Assembly: GCA_964057225.1 (NCBI GenBank)
Contig: OZ059894.1
Location: forward strand, 17,484,001 to 17,548,000
Direction: 5' to 3'
DNA: 64,000 bases
Source of the DNA: Auanema rhodensis
Taxonomy: Eukaryota > Animalia > Nematoda
A program made the position numbers and the translations under genes. The notes beneath the pieces were generated by a model. The model had not been told where the DNA came from. It saw only the letters and a list, made by a program, of their open reading frames with translations, and searched no databases. Positions 42,895 to 54,889 of the stretch are shown in pieces. Every line of letters starts with the position of its first letter. Within the stretch, counting starts at the first letter, position 1.

Positions 42895-43015
42895 AAACCG
42901 GACTGGTCGTCTCAGTGGGCGGCAAGTCCTCGAGAGCACTGGCTAAGCTAAACGAAATCCGCAGATCTAGCCTAGCGTTAAGGACTAGACTAGCGGTTGA
43001 ACTGAGATTCAACTC
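42895..43015. ncRNA. Candidate structured non-coding RNA in intercistronic gap
   Basis: GC-rich island with three predicted hairpins and a perfect 7-nt loop-loop complementarity (TCTCAGT 42910-42916 / ACTGAGA 43001-43007); family not identified. Confidence 0.4.
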
Positions 43016-43238
43016 ATATTATTTTTTATGTGGTTTGGATTTTCAAAGATGGGTTGGTCGTCCGATTTCGGAAATAAAAGAACAAAGAAGGGATTTCTAT
43101 GTTTACTTGAAGTAAACAAAAAAGACAACAATAAATAACTTATCAACAGCCACAAATTGTACAACAAGATTCACGAATGGGAACAAGCATTTTAAGGGTT
43201 ATGAAAAAATGAATAAGAATAGTTTGTCCGCTGACTAA

Positions 43239-45115
43239 TCAATCAGAATCAGAATCAGAGCCAGATGTCCCGTCAGAGTCAACAAGAGGTTTCTTAGCGT
43301 TGTTATCATCACTATCAGAATCACCGGAAGAAGAACTCTTGAAAAATATAAGTGTTGTACTATGAATAAAACATATGACATACCTTAGAACTGGCATCAC
43401 TATCTGATCCCTTTCGAACAGGGGCTTTTTCCGGTTGACTTCGCTCACTTGCTTCAGATTTGGCATCAGCTTCTTCTAGAAAGATTATTACTAAATAAAA
43501 AGAGAATTTCTTATTCAAACCATCTTGCTCCATTTCCTCTTCTTCCTTCTGTTCTTCAGGATGTAATAACATTTGCAATCTAGCAGTCATTCGAGATACT
43601 TCAACGTCAGTAGGATCACGATAACTAATTTGCAACGTCGTATTAGGCTAAAACAAATGCATTTGTATTTGGGAAACAATCAGAATAAATTACTTTAGGA
43701 ACTCCAGCAGGTCTGCGTCTTCTTACAAGACGAACACGAGTTTCCAATTCGTTATAATGAACAGTGCCATCCTTTTCATAAAGCATAAAATGATCTTTTT
43801 CATAATCATGACTAGCATTGGTTTTAACAACCCAAGTGTATTCTCTATTAAGTCCAAATTCATAACTTAAATAAAATGATGTTTCAAATCGGATTTTCTG
43901 GTTAACATACACAAATCCTTCTTCGAATGGCCGACTAGCTTCGCGGTCCTCCATTTTCTTCTGAAGTGCTTCAACTGTAGGTGAGAAGTGAGCGACATAT
44001 TGATCTCCTTCCGCAGATTGCATACCCCTATGAAAAAAAATTAAACACAAAAGACAAGCGGATGCACACTTGATAACAGAGTTCTCCATTCCAATTCGTC
44101 TGAGAGATTCGGGTAAAACAACATAAGATGGATCAGCATCAAACATAACTTGGGCGAGATCATATTTCCAGAGCTAAAAATAGAAGTAACAAAATAAATA
44201 AAAAATGAATAAATTTACATCAAAGTCAGGGAATATAGGCATTTCTTCAACAGCAACAACACCTTTTTTACTATGATGACTCTTAATCGGTTCTTTAACC
44301 TAAATACAAACTTTAAGAAATTTTCTGGAAACATTCAAAATATACATCTTCAAATGTTTTACTGATAGCGTCAATCTGACTTTGCCTGTCTCGATACAGA
44401 TTTTCATTATCCATTTGTTTCTTAAGATGATATCCAACTTTAGTTTCTTGCCTAAGATTAAAAAAATGTAAAACAAAATTTAAAGAATAAAAACCTATCG
44501 CTGGAAACACCAAATCTGTTAAATTCAGAAGAGATATACTCTGTTTTACGCATCCATGGTACAACTTTGGAATGCTGAGCAGATCTAAAAGAAATTTATG
44601 AGGAAAAAACTTGTGAAACTAAAACCTTCTACTAGACAAATTATTGGATGATTCATCTTCTAATAAAATTATATCCTTTTCGTTCACCTAGAAAGTCGGT
44701 TTACTTGAACTTGAATACGAATAATATTTTAAATTAGTACCTCCCATTTTTTCCGCATATTATCGTCTACTCTATATGTTTCAGGATCTACTAAGTCTAT
44801 ATTAACTCCCATATCCATTTCACATTGTACATCAAATTTATACTCCTTCTCCAACATTGTTGGGTTATAGTCAATAAATCTTCAAAGCACACTTGTCAAA
44901 GATAAACAACAATAAATACCTGTTAATTGGAACAAAAGGACAGGCTAAAAACTTCCCATCAAAAGGAAGATCTGGGAGAGTGTTGGTAAATTTTGGCTTG
45001 CAAATAAAATCTACTTTGGTCCTCAAATAAAAGAAAATATAAAGTAAATCAAGCTTGAAACCTACTGAGGAGGAACATTCTCGCGTGTTTGTCCAGGAGA
45101 TTTTGGTTTGGACAT
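43239..45115 (-). CDS. pafo-1: RNA polymerase II-associated factor PAF1
   Basis: [48 protein letters not shown] and an acidic Ser-rich tail SGSDSDSD*; ATG directly after TTTCAG. Confidence 0.95.
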
Positions 45116-45951
45116 CTGAAATACGAATTTCCAAAATAAAGCGAACTAAACGACAATATAAGAAGAAAAAGCTTCATATCTTTATTATTCATTTTGAAAA
45201 AATCAAGATATTCAATGCCCCAAGAACGTGCCTTGCTATTTGCGCAAATGCAGTGCATCGAGGATGATCTCAAAATATAATGAGCATTGGTAAAACGGGT
45301 CCTTCTTTGGAATATGATCATTTAATAAAAACTTATTACAAAACTACTTGTAAAATGGAATTATACTAATACAACTAGCTTAATTTTCATACTTACGGAA
45401 GACGCTTTCTTGTGTTCTTAATTTTGTTTTCATTACAGTATGTTTCATCATGAAACAACACAGTATATAAATAGTTTTGAGTAAATTCCATACCTCGCCA
45501 ATAATTTACATAGTAGTAGAAAAAATGGTAAATCTCTATAATTAGAGAAATTTGCCGATATTTGTTTATTGTGGTTCTCAACACTGCTATAAATTCTTCT
45601 TAATCTCAGACTTTCCTATAATTATCGAATATCTAAAGTATTCTTAATTTGGAATTGTTCTCTGAAGCTTTTCCATTTAATACAAGAAAAAAATGGTAAA
45701 TTGAATTTAGAATACATAATATCAGAAATTTTCTGTCGTCATGTATTGGAGATTGGAACGGACGAACATTAACTTTGAAAATTTTACAAGATAACATAAT
45801 ACAAATTTGAAAAATTAAAAAGAATAGTTTTAATCTAAATCTTTTTATTAATTGATTTATGTGTTATAGTCTGTTTTATTGAAGCCGAATAAGCAATAAT
45901 TCCAAATTATACTTTATTACGGGTTCAATAAAATCATTTTAACTAGTCGGT

Positions 45952-45959
45952 GGCGCGAA
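45952..45959 (-). promoter_or_regulatory. EFL-1/DPL-1 (E2F)-type motif TTCGCGCC
   Basis: Exact TTCGCGCC on the minus strand, ~840 bp upstream of the PAF1 ATG. Confidence 0.4.
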
Positions 45960-46110
45960 GCGGTTGAGTATAATTTATTGAGTATAGAAAGTCTGAATCA
46001 GTGTTTCCTTCTTATGATAAGCGAGAACATAAAGCAGGATAAAACATTGAAACTATTATTGCACATTGAACATCATCATTTATTTAAAATATATAGGTAT
46101 TTTGAAGTAT

Positions 46111-46683
46111 TTAAAATATATTGGCTAGAATGACAAATGCTAGAGTGAATACAACGGAAAATTTGGCTGTATACACATCATTGCAAAACTCCTTAAAAAA
46201 CATTTTAAACTGAAGTCAAATGAAATATCTCACCTTCTCGCAGATACAAGTTGCCACTTGTGAATTATAACTCTTCAAAGTACTGCCTAACTTGCATTCT
46301 TTCTAATGGAATAATCTTTCAATATACGTATATTTATGTAATTTTTACCTGTCGTTGTCCTTCAAAGCCTGGGGTCACACATCCTTTCTCTAATACCGCA
46401 TCAGTCTGTAAAAACAAAAATGAGTTTAAAGAGTTTAAGAATTGTATGGTACATCACTATCATTAAAAAATATAATTCGTGCGTAGCAAGATGTCAATGA
46501 TGGGCAATCATAAGAATCAAAGTTGCCTGAAATTAATAATTTATTATTATATCAACTAATATGAAATATCTAACCATTTTGTTTTAATAAACGTCTTCCT
46601 CCAAAGCAAGATATAGAATAACTAAAGGTTATTGTGGAAACTATTAAAGTACAAATAAAAATGTGGTAGTTTGTAATATGCAT
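46111..46683 (-). CDS. Ly6/uPAR (three-finger) family protein, probably GPI-anchored
   Basis: Five short exons join in frame: signal peptide, ISCFGG..YDCPSLTSCY..LEKGC..KECK..TCICEKEFCN, then a hydrophobic tail FSVVFTLAFVILANIF*; 8 Cys in the mature part with a terminal CN motif. Absent from the ORF track. Confidence 0.8.
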
Positions 46684-49019
46684 TTTGGTTACAATGATTT
46701 CGAAGCATCAATTTATCCCTTTCAACTTATAACGATCCGGTTAGATTAAAGATGGATTTTCAAAGTTTTATCAACATTTTTGCCATAATAGTTGGAGTTT
46801 GGCAATAATAAATCAGGTTTACTAGAAAACATAGTAATATATCAATTAGCTACTTTTTAAAAAGTTCAGATCTAAAGATGTTAAGACATTTTTCATAATA
46901 TCAGAAAATTTTAAAATATTTACTTTAATTTGTACATAAAAACAAAATTATTTATATCTGATGAAGCCTGAACAACATAGAAAAATTAGTACTTTTTTGT
47001 CATAAAGTCTAAGACATGTTCTTTAAGTGTAAATTATAAAAGGGGGGGGGGGGGACTGGGTTAAAACCTTGTATCCCTTAATGGAGAGCATTGGTTAGAT
47101 TATTAAGGAGAACTTGAGTCAGCAGAAGCGCTTTATGAATGGGTCTAAGTCTAACATATCAGAAGATATGAAGTACTGCTCGAGTCTTAAGCTTAGGCTT
47201 ATCCACTGCCTAGAGTTTTCGGAGACACAGGCTACTTTGTTGTATTAAAAAACAAACATTTTTTTTGATATCAATAAATATTATATAATATACTTTCAAG
47301 AACATTAATATTAAAGAACTTTTTACTCAGAAAACTTATTTTAAAAATTCAGGCCAAATTAAAAAAAAGAAAGGAGGGGGCGGCATAAGACCGATAAGAG
47401 CCTATTATTGTATTCAGTTTTTGTTTTATAATAAAATAAAATTCTTAGATAGATAATTTTATTTATTTGCTGAAGAGATAGAAATTTCGAAATTCGAATA
47501 GGAAATCTCTAATTTGATTTCATGTGATCTCCTTTCCTGGTTCAAATAATTACTGACCTCGTGCAATTAATTTTCAGAGTTTTCTCAGCCTGAGACGTCA
47601 GAAATGATTACAGAAAAATTTTCACAAAGATGATTCCCTATGTGAGAAAAGATATATTTCTGTTTCTTTCTCAAAGATTTCGGAAATGCCTTGAAACAAC
47701 CGAACCAAGAGTTGTAAATTTGATAGATCTTGATGTTTTGTCTCAAATATTTTGATATACAAGATAGTGATTTGTAGATTTTTTGTTATTATATCATAAA
47801 TGTCTCCGAAAATATCAAAGTGTTCTCATTGTATAGCTTATAATCATTTAATATCTTGAAAAGAAATAAATTAATTAAATCATTCATATATACTAAGAAG
47901 ATATTAAGTTTGAAAAGCATTTTGATGCTTTTCATATCAAGACAATCTTTTCTTTATCATCAAATATCTTTCGATCTTTTTTATTATTTTTCTTTATAAA
48001 ATCAGATATGTATTTCTATGCATATATCATATAAGAATATTGTAGCAGATAAGTTGTATTGTTCATTTTAAACATACATATATAACTAACTAATCCTTCG
48101 ATTTCATATATTATATACTCAATATTATCATTAAGTATTAGTCAAATCTTACTTCTATTCTAAAGTTTAATACTTAATATGATTTATAATTCACTAATCA
48201 TTTAATATATGTATTATTTTTATATTTGTTTAGTTTATTGGATGACTTCAGCTACCATAATTTGAATACTTGATCATCTGTTATCAGTTTTAATTTACAA
48301 ATTTTTTTTTTGGAATAATTAGTTTTTTTTTCTAATTTATTAAATTTTCCATATAATCTTATGAATCTTGTTTTAAACAAAAAAAAAATCCTTTTTAGAA
48401 AATTTTCTTTTGTCTATCTTTATGTTAGATTTGTCGTCAAATCACTATAGTTCATAAGTATATTTTATATTGTAGTTATAAAAATATGTGAATAAGTTAG
48501 AAAACTAGATAAAATGTTCTAATTTGACCCAATTTCCAATAAAGAAAGCATAAGAATATTCAAAATGATTAATTTTGAAGAACATGAATATATGAAATAT
48601 ATATGTTTTTGCTTTCATTTTTATTAAAATTTCCACTTCTCTGAATCGTTGATTTCTCTTTTTTTAAAAGTTATAACATATACTGTTCTTGCGTAAAAGA
48701 ATAACATAGGAAACAAGTAGTTTACAAAAAAAATTTCATGTTTTGTGTCGTTTTTGTTATTTTGTTGTTATTGTTTATTGTAGAAAGAAGAACACAAAAT
48801 AGATATATATTTATATACATATGTATATTAAACATGTAAACTTTCAAACGTTTAAATTTACAATATGTACATAAGTATTGCAAGTCTTGATTATAATTCC
48901 AACAATGAAATATTGGAAAACATTTGTTCAACTGACCTTTCAATTGACATGAATTATAGATTTTTTTACAATTTATAAATGAAATTTGCGACAATTTTCA
49001 TAATTATAATATGAGAAGC

Positions 49020-49022
<3 letters not shown>

Positions 49023-49054
<32 letters not shown>
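49023..49054. repeat. (TA)n microsatellite
   Basis: Perfect TA run. Confidence 0.95.
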
Positions 49055-49055
<1 letters not shown>

Positions 49056-52000
49056 GAATAAATTCTTTTTATATGAAATGAAAAGTCATTGTCGGTGTCT
49101 TAGAAATCTTGGGAATCTTGGGTGAGAACTATAGAAAAATATCTCAATCAACGATTAAGTATGTAAATAATTATGGAATGATCTTGTTCCTTGAAATGCA
49201 ACTGTTCCTGGCGTTTGTTAAATGAAAACTAATTAACTTTTGCGTAATAATCGATATCTAATATACTAAATTAGCATATCAGCTGATTATTACGTCGACA
49301 AATAAATTAAAAGAAATAGCTGTTTTATTTCCATATCAGCTATATATATATATAAGTATATATGTGTGTATATTTATTTTTATATATACTATACTATATA
49401 TGGAAAAATAAATGTATAGATTTCGATAATTCGCAAGAAATTCCAAAAATACTTATTATAGATTGTGAAAGTTTACATATTACTGCAAAATATGATGCAT
49501 TTAGGTTTGATTAAATACTAAATACTGGTTGCTATAATATTTCAAATTGTTCGTCTAGTTAGTATGAGTCAACTGTTTTTTAGGATATTTAATGAAAACC
49601 ATGCATATGTTCACTTTCAGACATACATCCGTAAATTTTCATGTTTTCCCATTCTCATAATGAGATAAGGTAGCAGTTTCCCGGACAACCCGTACACGAC
49701 ACACTTCGTTCTTTGATATGAACAAGCTATAACTTTCCTTTCACCTTTCATTTCTCATTCTCTACCTTCCCACTCATTTTCATCTAATCTCTTCTAACTC
49801 CTCCCTTCTTTTCTTGTTTATCTCCTCTCTCCTTATCTATTTTATCTCTCCTTCTTCTCTCCCTCTCTGTCATTCGTTCACTCTTTCATTTCCACCTCCT
49901 CATCAACATCATTTGAAAGGCTAACCTTCTTTTGACGAGATTTTAAGATCGAACTCGTGTTAAAATTCAGAATTAATACACTCCGTTGAAAGATCAAGTT
50001 CTCGAATTAGTTGAATTGATACCTACTTCAATCAAAACACCATCTGAAATCCTTTCCCTACTCTCGGTTTATAATGAAGTATTATTCTTTTTAATATTCT
50101 TCAGAACTTATTAGTATTCACATAGCTCATGCAAAGCAAATTTGTGAAAATTTTGCTTAACATTGAAACATTATGATATTGAATTAATATCAACCGTTCA
50201 CAAATTTTATTTCTCCTAGAGCTCAATGTAAACCGAAAATGAAGATCGTGAAATGCATGTAGAAAGCACTATTCAGAAGGTCTACTAAGTCATTTAGTTT
50301 TTCTTAGAATACCTGAAATTTATGAAAATCAGGTAAACTGTAGTATTCGTATTCTCAAACAGAATACACTCACAACAATAAGCACTGAAGATTTAGTGTT
50401 GATCATATCGTAACCACCAAACACCAAACCTACAGTGTTCTTCCTGTAGTCATCAGATATTTCTTTCCTTCATTCTACACTTTCATTCCCGATCGAATAC
50501 GTTTCGTTTGGTCATGTTTTTTTTTCATATTATTTCCTATTTCTCTATTTGATAAAATTCCTTGTGAGACTAATTTTAACTGATTTCAAACAATTGTTAG
50601 CTGATTACTTGCGCGTCGTTGCCCTGGGTAGCGATAGCCGAAGACGGCAGGGCCCCACCTATTATCATCGATTGCATATGAAGCATGGGTTCGAGCTTAC
50701 CTACAAAGCCTAACTACTTAATTCTGTCTCAGCTCTGCTTGTCTCTCCAATCTATCAAACTATCTCGATACCCTTCTGTCTGCATGCAAGGGTATTGTGC
50801 AGTACATCTATCATCACTTGACATATTTTTCAAGACTTCTTTGCCATTGTCATATATTGTTTATTTGAATCATAATTAGTTAAACATTACTTTTGAGGCT
50901 CAAAAACAAGTTTAAGTTTGAATAATACAACAATCACCTTTATCTCTGTTTCTTCTGAAGATTTCTTTTTAACAGTTCATTGACTAGATACAATCTATCT
51001 TAGCCATCTACAGTACTTTCTTAAATCCAGCAGAAACATTTCTTTTGAGAACTCCCTTCATATCTTATGATATACGTATACTCATATAAATATCAAGGTA
51101 TAGCCAAATGCTAAACAAAATTAAATTTTGTTATAAATTTTTGTCAAAAACAATACATTCAACGCACTCATTTGCTTTTGTACATTACTGTTGTGTGTAT
51201 ATAGAAAAAAGAATTCAAGTATGATTTCAAACTATACTTCCGTCCTTCTGTTGAAATTTCCTCAAAATTTTATAAATAATCCGTGAATGAGATAAATGTC
51301 ATTTGACCAAACTTTACAGTTTTTTTGTGTTATTATATATATGTATATAGTATACATAATAATACGAAAAACCCAGTAAATAAATATGCCATCTCAAAAA
51401 ATATTTATATTAATTTGAAAAAAAAATCCTCATATCAACATTATATTTTAGATTAATGTAACATACAAGAACATTATATACCAACAAAAACATAAAATTT
51501 GTTCTTTTTACTTCATCCAATTCATAATGTGATTACAAAAATATTTTAATTGCTAGTTTGAGAAATAGAAAACTATTTTTTCTTACCAAAACCGAAAATA
51601 TTCTTTCTTTTCTTTTTTTCAATGGCAATGGTATTATTAAATCGTTTCTATATGATATTCAAAAATACTAAATGCTTTTGATATTATCAAACATCCATTT
51701 TTGTTTTTGTTTCTTTTACTGTTTTCTTTTTGTCAAAATAATCTCAAAAATTCATAACCATTCACAAACTCGTTGGAAATTAACTGTTTTATAAAGGTTC
51801 AAAAACAAGTTTACAAGAAATAGTTGAGCACAGATTATCAGTATATTTGATGTTTTGTATTAAAATATTTTGAAATATTGAGGTAACATCATGATCATTC
51901 ATTTCAGTTACATAAAATAATATTAGAAAAAGTTAAAACAGTATAATAATATTTACTAAAAAAACTTCATACTCATTGTTAGTGGTGCAGATATATTTTC

Positions 52001-52500
52001 AACAAAAAAAAACCCTTTCTCAGCTATGTATGTACATGCGACTTGTTTTATAGTTTTATATAGTTAAAAAAAGAAAAAAAAGGAAGGAAAAAGAATAATG
52101 TGACATGAAGAGGAAAAGAAAGGAAATGTAAAACATTCATTTCATGTGAAAATTTTTTCACTGTTTTTTGTCGTTTTTCTTCTCAACATTGTAATTTCGT
52201 TCATAAAAATCCGTGTTTTATTTTGGAAACAATTATAAATATATATATATATATATACAATTATAGTTAATTTGTCTGATTTAATCGACAGAATCGTATA
52301 TAGAAAATTCACAGCTCCTCCTCAACTCTCAACGAAGTTTTGTTTTTGTCTTGATTACAAGCTGACGTAACTGTGTGTAACCCAATTATCTATAATCGTT
52401 TTTTCTTAATTCTTTTTATGAATAGTTCAATAATATTGTATGTATATGTCAAATTATAATACCAATGAAAGAAAAGAGAAAGGGTATATATGTATGTATA

Positions 52501-52506
52501 AGAGAT

Positions 52507-52577
<71 letters not shown>

Positions 52578-52600
52578 AAAAGAGAGAAAGAGAGAGTGAG
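52501..52600. repeat. Imperfect (GA)n purine tract
   Basis: About 100 nt of GA/GAAA units; explains the spurious SLSLS ORF. Confidence 0.95.
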
Positions 52601-53432
52601 TGACAGGATAGAGAATGAAGAAATCAAAAGAATTCTATATTCACATCGAGATAATTTCATATAATTTGTTTTAATTTATTCTTGATTATTGTTTTTTTTT
52701 GGCTGCTCATAAATATACTATCTTTTTCTATTTCATAGTATAACATATTATAATATAACATGCGGATCTTATCAAGTATTTCAAGTTTAATAAAGCTCAT
52801 CATATATTACTAATAATTAATTGTTAATCATAAATCTATTGGGAGTCAATTTTAATTGATTTTATTATTATATTAAAAATTATTTATAAACAATATTTCT
52901 AATATTAATAAAACAACTTGTTTACACGTTGTTTTATTGGGTTTTTTTTTCATATTTTATATTTTTTATATTTTTATTTCTTAAACTGTCCCATCATCTT
53001 TTTCTCAAATTCTACCGTATTCTGATCAAATCTACTTCTAGTAAAACTATACCTTATATAGTATTCTGGATTACGAATAATCAGCTTATCTCTCAGACGT
53101 TCTCCATTCAATCTAATTCCTTTCCCTTGTATATGCTGTCAGTCTCTCGTTTTGTCACCTTCTTTCTTCTATCTATCTCAGTTGTCTTTCTGCTCTCCAG
53201 GATTTTGCGATATCACTACACGACATTTCGGAATATCCTCATTACCTGGACTCAAGCTATTTATTGAAAACTAATTGAAAAAGTCTTTTATATATTTTTC
53301 TTCTTGTATAGATATGTATAGATACATATATGCATTCTACCAAGAAAAGCTTAAATATCTTAACTGAATTTTCCCGATAAAGTAATCCTAACAAATGAAA
53401 GTTTCTCACATTTTTGAGATTTTATTTCAAGT

Positions 53433-53437
<5 letters not shown>

Positions 53438-53506
<69 letters not shown>

Positions 53507-53510
53507 TATA
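53438..53510. repeat. (TA)n microsatellite
   Basis: More than 30 TA units. Confidence 0.95.
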
Positions 53511-54889
53511 AATGATAATATCACTTAAAAGTTATAATTTAGCTTAATGCTCCAATTTATCGAAGATAATAACCAAAATAGAATTTTTTTCTGAATACTC
53601 TCCAAAAAAGAAATTTACTTTCTTGTAACTACATGTACTTTTCAAGTTTTACTTGAAAATATGTATATGATGTAATACTGCCCAGAAAAGTATAATTGAT
53701 GTATTGATCGTTACTGAGACTTAAATTTCAGATATGCTACTCTATATTAGAAAAATTGAAATAATCAAAACAATTCGAAAATCGCAAATAGGCTACATTC
53801 TACTAATCATCGGTTCTCTTGACGATTAGCAATTTGTGCTCAAATTATTATAATAATTATAAACTTATAAATGTTTTATTTTAGTATATATCTAACTTAA
53901 TAGTTCTATTCTAAAAATTATAAATACTAAAAGAAATGTTTGTTAATATAAGCATGTACTTCATTCTCAGTTATAACTTATTATATTAAGTTAGTTGTTT
54001 GAATGTAGTCCAATTTACAACTATCATAATTGAATACTTATGAGTTTTTACCAACAAATGAATCTGGATTATAGGTATTTCTGTTGCTTTTTGCTTTTAT
54101 AATATATTTCATTAAATTGATTGTATTTTTAGAAAACGAAGCAGTAGAAAACAGTTCCAATTTCATTTCTCTCGAATTGTTTCTTTTTCGTTAATTCAGC
54201 TCGCATTTTTTTTGTTTTCTTTTTTTTTATTTCTCAATAATCATTAATCGAAGTCCAATTTTCAGCCTACATACATGCATACATATGTATATATACGTTT
54301 TCTTTTTTAGATTATACATTTATTTTTTCTGTTCCACCTCTTTTCTTTTTTTTTTTTGATTCAATTCTTCTCCTTTACTTAATTCTTTACCTTTTCAGAT
54401 AAGGATAACAATGCAATAGTTGTATACTGCAGGTTGGTAAATTCGTCTTCTATCTTTATTCTTTCAATCTCTTTCTTTCCAATCCAATAATCCTTAAAGA
54501 AAAAGCTTGAAAAGGGTGACATTCAAAAGTTTAGATCTTGTTAAATTAATTTTTACAACTTTCTTTTCTTCTTTTACATATATATGCTTAGTATATACAT
54601 ATTCTATGGATATACATGTAATTTGAAAAGTAAAGTACATGCAAATGCTTGGTACTGTCCTTAACAGGAATAATGGGATGGCTTGATTCCCATAGTCAGC
54701 ATGCATGAAGTTTCGATACAGCGAAAACTTGAAATTATTCAGATTTTGTTTTTTTCATTTTTTTAGATTTGAACTCGGTATTGTTATTGTACAACATACA
54801 ACCATATTTCTTATTTCTGTCCAGCTTTCTGAGAATTTATTTCTTTGATTTTGATATTGAGTGCTAATAAACTCAGAACAACTTTAGAA

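Noticed and set aside
42879-42960. Hammerhead-like words CTGAAGA and CGAAA
   Set aside because: Stems I and II cannot be formed adjacent to the core motifs.
42925-42986. Twister-like P1-UAA-P2 pattern on the minus strand
   Set aside because: P4 and the two pseudoknot pairings do not match the consensus.
45190-45780. Possible extra small gene upstream of PAF1
   Set aside because: Could not assemble a consistent spliced frame.
52454-52660. ORF with SLSLSL repeat
   Set aside because: Translation of the GA tract.
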